64,000 nucleotides of DNA from Candidatus Obscuribacteraceae bacterium (GTDB lineage: Bacteria; Cyanobacteriota; Vampirovibrionia; Obscuribacterales; Obscuribacteraceae). Both the position numbers and the translations under genes were made by a program. Location of the stretch: the NCBI GenBank assembly GCA_044226015.1, contig JBGAHS010000004.1:96001-160000 (forward strand), in the 5' to 3' direction. This document shows positions 31,613-41,900 of this stretch, piece after piece. Positions within the stretch are counted from its first letter, which is position 1, and each line of letters begins with the position of its first letter. The notes under the pieces were generated by a model. It did not search any database and was not told the origin of the DNA. It was given only the letters and a program-made list of their open reading frames with translations.

Positions 31613-34243
31613 ATGAAAACGCCCCAGTTGTGCTTATCCCTAACGATTTCACTTGCACTTCTGCAGGCTAACTTACTACAAGCAAATGCGTCTCCGAACT
31701 CACAGGCAATCTGGGAAAAGCTTGCCGGAGCTTCACAGACGAAGAGTAGTCAGAAGCCAGTTCAGAAGAAAGCTCAGCAAGTTGTACGGAAGAGCGCTGC
31801 AACAAAAACAGTCGCAACGGCAGGCACCTACAATGCCACTGGTATCGCCAATAGTGGCACCAATGGTCAAGTAGCTCTGTTCTTCGGCAAAGACAAGGAT
31901 TCTAATCCAGCTAACAAGGCTCCAGGAGCTGCATTGACGATTCACTCGTCTATGTCAGAGCAAGAAGCTGCTCCTGAGAAAACCGCTAGCGCTGAGCAAC
32001 CAAAAATCGTAGCAATGGACCCAAGTGTGGTCAGTGATGCTGCTGCGATCAACGCCACTGCAGCCGCTGCTCCAGCAGAAGCAATTCCAGCACCAGCAGC
32101 ACCAAGCAAAGAAAACAAAAATCTTCTCGCTCAGTTGGCACCAGACCAGATTCTCGTAGCTGATGCTTCGGGAGATCCTGGTAGCACAGCGTCGACACCG
32201 ATACCACCAGTGGTGTCTGGAACTGTTGACTTGGAAGAGTTCAAGCCGAGCAATTCTATTGATTTGAAAGTTTCGCAATCGCGTACATTCAAACTCCGCA
32301 ACAAAATTATTCGTACATCTATCAGTGAACCAGCTATCGCTGAACCAGTCGTAGTTGCTGAAAACCAGATGGTCCTTCTCGGTAAGGCACCTGGTGGCGC
32401 AACCCTCGTTATCTGGGATGACGCTGGTAACTCGGTAGCTATCGACGTAAAAGTCAGCCGCGATTACTCGTCATTGCAATCAATGCTTCGCGAAGTTGAC
32501 CCACGTATCATCGTCAAGCCATTCTCCATCAACGGCACCGACAGAGTCGTTTTGATGGGTGATGTTGACCACCCGGAATCTGTAATTCGCGCATTCGCTG
32601 TAGCTAACGCTTTCATGGATGACCGCGGAATGAACATTACGGTTGCTAACAGCCGTATTCTCGGACAGAGACCTGGTGAAACTGGCGCTGCAGCAGCTGC
32701 AGCTGGTGGACAGACTCTCTCGGCAATCAGCCAAGTTGACCGTTACCAGTTCTTCGGAAACCAGAACAACAACATCAGCAAAGCTCAAACCATCATCTCC
32801 GAAGGTGGAAGAGTTACCAGCTTGATTCAAGTTCGTAAGACCCCACTTATCGTTCTGCACACCACCTTCATGGAAATGAACTCGGCAGCAGTTAGAGAAT
32901 TGGGTCTCCAACTCGGTATCGCATTTACAAGCCAAAGCTTCGGTTTTGCTATCGGTGGTAACCCAATTCAGGGTGCCAACAACGGTAACTTCCTCACCAC
33001 CCAACCAGGTGTTAACGGAACTTACGGTACGATGCAGAATCCAGTATATGGAAACACCAACACCAACCTCACCGGATTGCAAAACATCAGCGGTGGTGGC
33101 GGAGCTGGTCTGAATGCGCTCCAGGGTCTGTTTGCTTCACCGCAAACAATCCAGATTCTTCCTGGCACCAACAGCGCTGTTATCACACAGAACCCAGGTT
33201 TCAACTTCTTCCCAGTTCCAGCTTCGGTTGGCGCTATCGGACCTGGTGGTGCTTTCGGAAACCTACCTTATGTAATTCCACCAGGCATCAACCCACAGTT
33301 CGGTGCTAGTACCGCTCCAGTTAACTTCTTCGGCGGCGGTGTTGCTAACAACTACTCCAACCTCGGTCAAGGTGTTCCAAACGGATTGCCTTCACTCCTC
33401 GGTGGACAGTCGTTGTTCGGTAGCCCGGGTGGTGCAGTATTCACCGGTGCTGACCTCGCGAACATGTTCCAGGCAGTATCGAACTTCTCCTCTAACCAGG
33501 CTTCACGTTGGTCAATCAACCCAACAGTTCAAGGAACCATCGGTTACTCGAGAGCTCGTATCCTGGCTGAACCAACACTCGTCACCATCTCTGGTGAAAG
33601 AGCTGCGTTCCTCGCTGGTGGTGAAATCCCAATTCTGCAATCTATCGCTACAGCAGGTACTGCCGCTCAGTCAATCGTGTTCGAACCATACGGTTTGAGA
33701 TTGAACATGATTCCAGTTCTTCTGGAAAACGGCACAATCAACCTGCAAGTCTCTCCTGAAGAAAGACTGCTCGACAGAGCTAACGCATTCATCCTCCCGA
33801 ACCAAGCGTTCGCAGGTGGTGCTATCTCCTCGATTCCAGCTTTCACAACCAGAAAGACACAGACAACTGTTGAAATGAAGCCAGGACAAGAGCTCTTCAT
33901 CTCTGGTTTGGTATCACAAAACAGCGGTCGTAGCTTACAGAAAACTCCTATGATCGGTGAAGTTCCAGTACTCGGCGCTCTCTACCGCTCGAAGGCATTT
34001 GCTAAGAACGAAAGCGAATTGATCGTTTCAGTTAGACCGGAAGTAATCCTCCCAGGCACTCCTGGACAGTTGAAGATTCCTGCTGAACTCAACAAGATGG
34101 AAGGTTCAAGAGACCTCAACATCCTCCAAGTTGAACCAAGCACAATCGACGAAGGTCAATACAGAAGTGGTATGGTCGAGAAGACCTTCCAAATCCCGAA
34201 TACTCTGCCAGCTGGAGCTCCAATTCCAGATTCAACAAAGTAA
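31613..34243 (+). CDS. CpaC/RcpA-type secretin with a large low-complexity insertion
   Basis: Signal peptide; pilus-formation N domain (VLLGKAPGGATLVIWD); BON-like segment; secretin motifs LAEPTLVTISGERAAFLAGGEIPI and P.IGEVPVLGALYRS...ESELIV.V.P. AGAGGAAGGA RBS. Confidence 0.88.
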   Translation: MKTPQLCLSLTISLALLQANLLQANASPNSQAIWEKLAGASQTKSSQKPVQKKAQQVVRKSAATKTVATAGTYNATGIANSGTNGQVALFFGKDKDSNPANKAPGAALTIHSSMSEQEAAPEKTASAEQPKIVAMDPSVVSDAAAINATAAAAPAEAIPAPAAPSKENKNLLAQLAPDQILVADASGDPGSTASTPIPPVVSGTVDLEEFKPSNSIDLKVSQSRTFKLRNKIIRTSISEPAIAEPVVVAENQMVLLGKAPGGATLVIWDDAGNSVAIDVKVSRDYSSLQSMLREVDPRIIVKPFSINGTDRVVLMGDVDHPESVIRAFAVANAFMDDRGMNITVANSRILGQRPGETGAAAAAAGGQTLSAISQVDRYQFFGNQNNNISKAQTIISEGGRVTSLIQVRKTPLIVLHTTFMEMNSAAVRELGLQLGIAFTSQSFGFAIGGNPIQGANNGNFLTTQPGVNGTYGTMQNPVYGNTNTNLTGLQNISGGGGAGLNALQGLFASPQTIQILPGTNSAVITQNPGFNFFPVPASVGAIGPGGAFGNLPYVIPPGINPQFGASTAPVNFFGGGVANNYSNLGQGVPNGLPSLLGGQSLFGSPGGAVFTGADLANMFQAVSNFSSNQASRWSINPTVQGTIGYSRARILAEPTLVTISGERAAFLAGGEIPILQSIATAGTAAQSIVFEPYGLRLNMIPVLLENGTINLQVSPEERLLDRANAFILPNQAFAGGAISSIPAFTTRKTQTTVEMKPGQELFISGLVSQNSGRSLQKTPMIGEVPVLGALYRSKAFAKNESELIVSVRPEVILPGTPGQLKIPAELNKMEGSRDLNILQVEPSTIDEGQYRSGMVEKTFQIPNTLPAGAPIPDSTK

Positions 34244-34263
34244 TCGGATTAACGAAGCAATAC

Positions 34264-34293
34264 GAAACGGGGAGCGAAAGCTCCCCGTTTTTT
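34264..34293 (+). terminator. Intrinsic terminator of the secretin gene
   Basis: AAACGGGGAGC-GAAA-GCTCCCCGTTT followed by Ts. Confidence 0.9.
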
Positions 34294-34542
34294 CGTTCAT
34301 AAATACAGATTGATATGTCAGCCGCTCAGCAGCCGAGAATCCATCTCGTCTTGCATGCATGCTTCCAGACTCTAGCTTGCAAGTGGCAGCATGAGTCGGT
34401 CCATAGCTGCTTCGAATAACGCATTGCGTGCTAAGCTGCTTGAGTGTCGGCAATATTTTTTTGATAAAAATTTTGCGCAGGAAGTTCGAATTCCGCGACC
34501 TCGAACTTCTGCTGCCTGCTCGGTTTCTACTCAGTTAGTAAA

Positions 34543-34950
34543 CTAGCGTTTTTTAGACGACGCTGATTTTCTTGCAGGTTTCGCTTTTCTATTTGCAAAA
34601 AACTCTTCGCACTCTTCTGGAAATTGCTCAAAGAAAATATCGAGAATTTTGCCGACAACAACTTGAATAAACTCTTCACGAGTTTGCGCCGGAGTGTAGA
34701 GATTTGCGAGTCCGACTTTGTCAACGATGCGGAGAATACCTTTCTCTGCCAGACGCACCATTGTTGTCATCACGGTTGTGTAAGCTATCTCGCGCTTGAG
34801 GCGAAGCAGTTCATATATTTCGCGAACGGTGACAGTTGGGTTGGCTTTCTTCCAAACCAATTCCATAATTTCGACTTCCAGGTCTCCCATGAACTTGCGG
34901 AGACCCTCTTGATTGAAACGAAAAGACGCATTATCGTCGTCTATTCTCAT
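34543..34950 (-). CDS. BlaI/MecI/CopY family transcriptional repressor
   Basis: MGDLEVEIMELVW...TVREIYE.L...IAYTTVMTTMVRLAEKGIL winged-helix motif. Confidence 0.9.
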   Translation of the reverse strand: MRIDDDNASFRFNQEGLRKFMGDLEVEIMELVWKKANPTVTVREIYELLRLKREIAYTTVMTTMVRLAEKGILRIVDKVGLANLYTPAQTREEFIQVVVGKILDIFFEQFPEECEEFFANRKAKPARKSASSKKR

Positions 34951-35143
34951 TGTCCACCCGATATGCGATGAAGTACTATCACAGATAACATGCTATCACG
35001 AAGTACGAGTTCTGTGCTTACTTGGCAATTTTGCAACTAAATTGAGCAGATGACGCAATCTTAGGCTTTCCATGCAGTTTTTCGGAAGCTTGTGCAGTAA
35101 TATTTATAGTAATCCGGCGACGGGTTTAGTTTGTGAGGAATGA

Positions 35144-35728
35144 ATGCGTCCAGTTGTTTTCTTAGATAGAGACGGAACCTTGAATGAAGAGATTGGATAT
35201 ATCCATGATGTATCCATGCTCAACCTAATTAATGGGGCTGCTGAGTCAGTCAAAAAGCTAAACGATGCGAATATCGCAACGGTGCTGGTTTCAAATCAGA
35301 CCGGCGCAGCGCGTGGTTTTTACAAGGAAGACCATATCGGCAAGCTGAACGATCGATTGATCAGTTTGCTCGAAAATAAAGGTGCCAAGCTCGATGCCCT
35401 GTATTATTGCCCCCATTTGGAAACAGGCAAAGTACCTGAACTCAGCATCGCTTGTAATTGCCGCAAGCCGAAACCTGGTCTTGTGGAACGTGCATTTCAA
35501 GACAATCCAGACCTTGATCCCAAGCGATCCTATGTTGTTGGTGACAAAGCTTCGGACATAGAGCTTGCAAAAAACTGCGGAGCTAAAGGTATTCTGGTCA
35601 AGACAGGATATGGTCAGGCTGTCACTGATGGGCGCTATCAATGGAAAGTTGACCCGGATTATTTAGCACACAATATTACCGATGCCGTCAATTGGATTCT
35701 GAAAGATCTGGCTGGTACAAACAACTAA
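35144..35728 (+). CDS. gmhB: D-glycero-D-manno-heptose 1,7-bisphosphate phosphatase (HAD IIIA)
   Basis: VFLDRDGTLN, SNQTG.ARG, YYCPH...CNCRKPKPG, VVGDKASD. Confidence 0.88.
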   Translation: MRPVVFLDRDGTLNEEIGYIHDVSMLNLINGAAESVKKLNDANIATVLVSNQTGAARGFYKEDHIGKLNDRLISLLENKGAKLDALYYCPHLETGKVPELSIACNCRKPKPGLVERAFQDNPDLDPKRSYVVGDKASDIELAKNCGAKGILVKTGYGQAVTDGRYQWKVDPDYLAHNITDAVNWILKDLAGTNN

Positions 35729-35751
35729 CTAATACGAATTTGATTCATCTT

Positions 35752-35780
35752 GCCCCTGCTATCGCTAAGCAGGGGCTTTG
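35752..35780 (+). terminator. Terminator after gmhB
   Basis: GCCCCTGCT...AGCAGGGGC followed by TTTG. Confidence 0.65.
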
Positions 35781-35871
35781 TATTTGCAAATCAAGTTCGA
35801 AGTCTTGTGCTTTCACGATCTAGGTGCGATTTTTCTGTGAATTCGAAACAGGAGATATGATTCATTGAAGC

Positions 35872-35905
35872 AAAAGAGGAACGAGAAATGCTCTCGTTCC
35901 TCTTG
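35872..35905 (-). terminator. Terminator of the giant gene
   Basis: AAGAGGAACGAGA...TCTCGTTCCTCTT stem about 18 nt past the stop. Confidence 0.8.
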
Positions 35906-35922
35906 CAAGAACTAACGCTTAG

Positions 35923-38900
35923 TTATTGAGCGTAAGCTGTTATCGCCTTCTTCAGTTGTTGCTGGAAGATGCCTTTCTTCTGATTCATCATCATCACGAT
36001 TGCTGATGTTTTCAGCATTCGTGACTTGAGTTTTGTCATTTGAGGATTGCCTGAACTCATGATTTCTTTGAGTGGTCCAACAATAGAAGCTGCTTGAGGC
36101 AAATGGAACTCAGCACTAAACAAAGTTTGATTGTGGGAGAGCTTCTTGCTTTCGATGCCTCTGTAAGCGATTGCCTGCAGCGGATTCGCATCTGCGAATG
36201 TCAGTTTGCTTCCTGTGACCAGTGTTGCCTGGTGACATGGAGCAACAGGAATAGTTTTTCCATTCGATTCAATTCGAACTGCATTTGCATGAGCGTCATC
36301 GAAATTGAATACCGCCAGTCCTCCGGATGAAACCATCAGCAGTGCCACTGATTTTGCTGCGATATGTACTTTGCCTTCCGGCGTCAATACACAGGTATCT
36401 TTCTCGGCCGCGAATACGGACGAACCATAATTAAGTTCGTATGTTTCGCTTTCTGCTGTGCTGGCGATTTTCTTAATTTCAGTCGCTGTTGATGATCCAT
36501 TTATTCCCAGTTTGTTGTTGCCGCAGAAGAAAGCTGCCAACTCGCTTCTCGTCAAAGCGTCGCTCTGACCCCACGAAGTGAAGTTTCCGGTTCTATTGAA
36601 TCCAGCTGCTATTGAAGCTGTTGCTAGATCAGTGCGGTTTACCGTTGAGTTCTGCTGAGTCGTCAATGCTAGTCCGGCAGCGTTTGCACCCGCATGAATT
36701 CTATCCTGATACGAAGCATATCCATAGATGAGTCCGTTTTGTGAATAGTTAGACAGCGGAGTTACAGCAGGGCTTGCTGATTCGCTTGTTTGGGAAGCAA
36801 CGCCAAATGCTTGATTAATTGCATTGTGTGTTGGAGCTGCTGGCTGTGAGTTCGCGCTGCTGCTGAATGCACTATTTGTGTCCATAGCATTGCTTGCGAA
36901 ACCGTCCGGTGGGTCTCCTGTGATTAGTGCTCCGGCTTGTAGAACAATCTGATTGGCCTTACCCTTGGCTCCAGTGCTGATTACTACGGCAGCGTTCTTC
37001 GCGTTGATGGTAGCTGAACCAGAACTTGGTCCTGTGATTCCCGACACACCAAGATTGATAGTGCCTGTACCGGTCGGATTCAAGGTTACGTTGCCTGTCG
37101 CGGTACCTGCTCCAGTCGCAAATGGAAGAGTACCGATTCCAATGCTCACGTTTCCAGCTCCACTTGCGCCTTCAGTCACCACTGAACCGCCAATTGTTAT
37201 CTTCGCGCTTGTCTTGCTTGCATTCAATAGAATGTCACCAGACTTCGAATTGATTGCACCTGTTGTGGTGAGTGCTGAGCCTTTGCTTGTGACTGAAATA
37301 CCGCCACCAGTGCTGCCTGTTGAGCTGATGTTATTCAGCGTTAGCGAACCGGCTGCTAGCAGTGTGAATTTGCCTCCAGCTGAAGAGTTCGCCAAGGTTG
37401 TGTTCGCCGTACCTGTGTCGCTGATATTGACTGAGCCAGCTCCGCTGGTGTTAGCAGCAAGTAGTGGTGTCGACACCGTCATCGCCGCGCCCGCTGGTGC
37501 CTGGATGTTGCCGGTTCCACTGGCGAGCGTGACACTCTTGGCTGCAACAATCACCTTCGTGGTGGCAGTAGTGATGTTTCCACTGCCACCAGCTGTAATG
37601 GCGAGTGATGTCGTTGAAGCAGTGCCCAGATTTCCATTGATGTTGACGCTTCCATTGTTGCCGGTCGCGATTTGAATCGTAGATGCACTAGATGCAGCGC
37701 TCAATGTCACATCGCCCTGAGCGGTCAAGTTGAACGGGTTTGTGGTCTTGAACGCAGCGAGAGTTATTGGACCAGTTCCACTGCTAGCGATGTTGATCAA
37801 GCCAGTTGTCTTGTTTGTGACGTTGCTTGCCGTCACGCGAAGTGCGATTGGGCTTGTTCCAATCTGCCCGATAGCTCCGCCCGTCAAGAGAAGAGTCGAT
37901 GCTTGAAGTGAGTCTGGTCTGTTGGCGAATGTATCGCTGATGGCGCCTTTTCCGTTAGCCGTCAATTTGATTGTTCCACCGAGAGCCACTATTGATTCGC
38001 CAATCGTTATGCCTTTATTGGCTCCGGTAGCGGTCAAAGTGACATTGTTTGATGCGGAGATTCCAGTTCCAGAATTGATTACACCAGTTGTCGTGATAGC
38101 ACTAGGAGTGCTGAATGTGAAAGTTCCACCAGCCGACGATGTACCGATGGTCACTCCGGTGGTAGTGGTGTCATTGATATTGATCAAACCACTTGCTACC
38201 GCAGTCACATTTGAGGCTGTGACTTTGAATGCTGTTTTGGTTGAACCTAGAGTTCCCGTTGCAGAAGTCAATGCGACTGATTTTGCAGAGACGATGATGG
38301 CGGGGAATTTCTCAATGACGTTTCCACCTGCAGAAAGAACAATGCTCTCTGTGAGATTGGCTGTTCCTAATGGGTTGCCGATAGTGATGTTGCCATTTCC
38401 GGCAACGAAGCTCAAGTTTCGAACCTTAGCGATGAGCCCTGGTCCGAAGGTTGTATTCTTCGGAATAAAGGAGTTATCGATACCACCGCTGTTATTAGTT
38501 ACAGACACATCTCCATTGGTCGTTCCCGTTACGGTGATACCACCTGTGATGCCGTTTAGAGTTGAAGGATTGCCTATGGTGAAGTCAGTCTTGCTGCGAG
38601 AAGTCAGATTCACTACACCACCAGTGCCAGTTCCCTTACCATTATTGTTAATGGTTCCGGTGACCACGAGGAGACCTTCGCTAGCCGCTACATTGCGTCC
38701 TGCTTCAAGGTCAATCGTTCCACCGTTGCCATTGGTTCCCAGTGGCTGGACGAACATATTTGCTGGGTTTGCGTTCAGGTTTCCACCGGCGACAACGTGA
38801 ATCGCACCACCGTTGCCACCTTTCTGTCCGCTGCTTGCACTCAAGTTCAGAGAATTTGCTCCACCACCGATTGTAAGTGGTGAAATGTTGTCCACATTGT

Positions 38901-41900
38901 ACGTGATGGAACCTCCAGAACCTGTGCCTGCTCCATTGGCTGTCAATGATAGTGCTTGTGTACCACTGTTGAGGTAGCCAAAGTTCGGAGCTCTAAACGA
39001 GAAGCTTCCGCCATTGCCATTTCCGACACCTGAATTGCTCAACGCTGAGGCATTGATTGTTAGGGTTGCACTGGTCAAACCAGTTCCCGCAGTAAGCGCT
39101 ATGCTTGAGCCGCTGCCGCTACTTCCTTGTGGACCCACGTTCAGTTGGGACGGGTCGATTGTGAGGCTTCCACCGGTGCTAATAGATGCTGTTCCACCGT
39201 CTCCTGCTGATGAGCCAACAGAACCGCCAGTGGCATTAATCTGAAGGTTCGCAGCACCGCTGCCGATCGCTAGTGGAGCCGTGTTCGAGCTCGTGTATTG
39301 TACGGTACCGCCGTTGCCCGTGCCAGCTGCATTGGCATTTAGGACGAGAGTAGCAGTCAAAGCAGAACTCACACCGGAAGTGAATATGATGGTTCCGCCA
39401 TTTCCATTTCCTGTACCGTTAGCATTGAGTGTCAATGTCGTTGCTGACGGTGGTGCAATGGTTGCTGCGTTCAATGTGATTGAGCCGCCATTGCCATTTG
39501 CGTCTGGCACCACCGAGACAGTGTTGCTGCCCAGTGTTACCGTTCCCTGGTTAGCAACGAAGCTGAGCTTGTTAACTGTACCTGTCGTCACATTGATGTT
39601 GCCAGTTGTCGATGTAATGCTGATTGTTGGAGAGCTTATAGAAGCTGCCAATCCAGTAACAATATCGTGTGCAACAGCACTGCTAGCAAGCACCTGGAAT
39701 GTGCCTCCTGCAGATGAATCTTCTATTGTTATGTCAGAGCTTGAGTGTTGATCCGTTATATAGACGCTCGACGTGCCACTCGCATTCGCTGAGAACGTCG
39801 GGCTGCTTATATTTAGAGGAATAGAACTCGAGCCAATGTCGCCGCCCGTGGTGACGAGGCTCAAGGTGCCTACTGTCGTTATCAACGCTGTTGAATCAGT
39901 TTGTTGAATACCAGCTGAACCCGCAGTCAGATTCATCGTGGTAGCGTTCATTGATGAGCTGCCTGATAGCTTGATGCCACCAGCGCCACCACTGATAATG
40001 TCAACGAAAGCAGCATTAATTGCAGCGCTCGGCAGCACCGTAATGCTTCCTGTGCCACCACTCTGCATTTGAATGCTTGAACCCGCTGCGTTTATACTGT
40101 TAACGACGATGTTTCCAGCATAGGTTGTAGGATCAGGCTGTACCGTTCCTACCGTGAAGTTGCCGTTTTGTACGACAATGGTGCCGAGAATCTGTGGTGC
40201 TGCTGAACTCAGTGTGACGTTACCCGACACGTCCGCAGTGGTCTTTATGTTTCCAACACTGATACCGTTGCCAATCAATGTGATATTACCACCAGTGCCA
40301 GTGCTGGCATCAGCGCTCGAGTCGATGGTGCCGAGAGTGATTGAGCCATTGTTCAAGGAACCCGCATGAGCTGCAGCCAGAACGTTTCCGCCTAAAGCTC
40401 CAGTAAATGTCGTGCTTGTCTTGATGTTGACGTTGCCCATCTGTATTGAACCGCCTTGAGCATTAGGGCTCTGCGATATCTGGTAGAGAACGCCGTTAGG
40501 TCCAACCTGTCCGCCAGTTCCTGGTGTGAAGTTGAATCCTGCCAGAAGGTTTAGTGAACCCCCATTGCCGCCATTGAATTTTCCGTCATTGCTAGATAGG
40601 TCTATCAAGATTGGATTCAACGCGATGATGTTGTTCGCTGCGATAATGGCGAGGGACTGTCCGTGGAACACGAACGAGCTGCTGTTTGACAGAAGGACGT
40701 TACCTTGAGAGTTAGCGATGGTTCCGAAACCTGTCGGACTATTGAATATCAGTGGGTTGCCGATCAGAACTCCCTGCAGGTTCAAGGTGTTGGAATTAAC
40801 TGTGACCTTGCTGAAGCCTTGAACCGTCACACCAGTATTCACAGTGACTTCCTGCGATGTACTGTCGTTTGCGTTGATGACGGTGTCTCCGATGAAGTTC
40901 TGATTGCCCGTGAATATCACCTGGTTTGTCGCCGTTGGAGACTTGGCTTGCGCCGTGATATTGATGGCGGTTGATTGCGCTCCGATTTGCAGAGTACCTG
41001 GTGTTGAACCACCATTATTTCCAAGGAACAATGTTTGGTCTGGTGCAGATGTTATGTTGATTGATCCGCCAACTCCATTTGCTACGAGGGCCCCACCATT
41101 GTTGACGGTCAGCGGTCCGAGCGGCAGCGCTGGACTGTCGTTTGTGACGTTGATAGTGCCAGCTGTGAAAATAGTGTTGGACGGATTAGTCAACATGTTT
41201 GTCGTGATTGTTGCTGTTCCGCTGAATGTGCTATTTGCTGAGAGTGATACTGTCTCTGTGGTGAGATTGAAATCTTTGCCTGAAGACGCTCCCAATAGAA
41301 CGACACCCTTATTGGTATTAGCGACGTAAACAGAACCCTTAGTGTTTGCACTCATTGAAGCAGCATTTGTCGTAAGAGGTGTGGCAGATTTACCAATGTC
41401 ACCTGTGAAAGCAGTCAACGTCAGCGTGTCAGCCGAGATGGTCTGACTGCTCAATGACGTATCGGAGACGGCACCGGTTCCACTCACAGTGAGGTTCACC
41501 GTCGACGCATTATTGCCGAAACCTGCCAGTCCATTTATTGGTGCTGCTATCGTCAGATTGCCATTGTTGAGTGTGCTTAAGGAAATGAAGTTGGCGTTCA
41601 GTCCGCCTGATTTTCCACCTACTGTGAGGTTGCCCAGCGCTGTTATCTGGAATATGTTGCCTGAAGAATTGTCCAGAGTTGTAGCGCTGCCAGCACTTCT
41701 GACGAACACATTGCCGGCTGTGTTGGCAGTCACTGTTGCAGTGTTAACTACCAGATTTGAACCAACAGTGCCGAGGTCTCCACTTGCAGATTTTATGGAC
41801 ACAATTGAACCGCTGCTGCCAATAACTCCTGTTGTTTGAGTTACAGCACCAACTCCGTCGGCATCTAGTGTGACGCCGACATCTGTTGCGACTGCATCGG

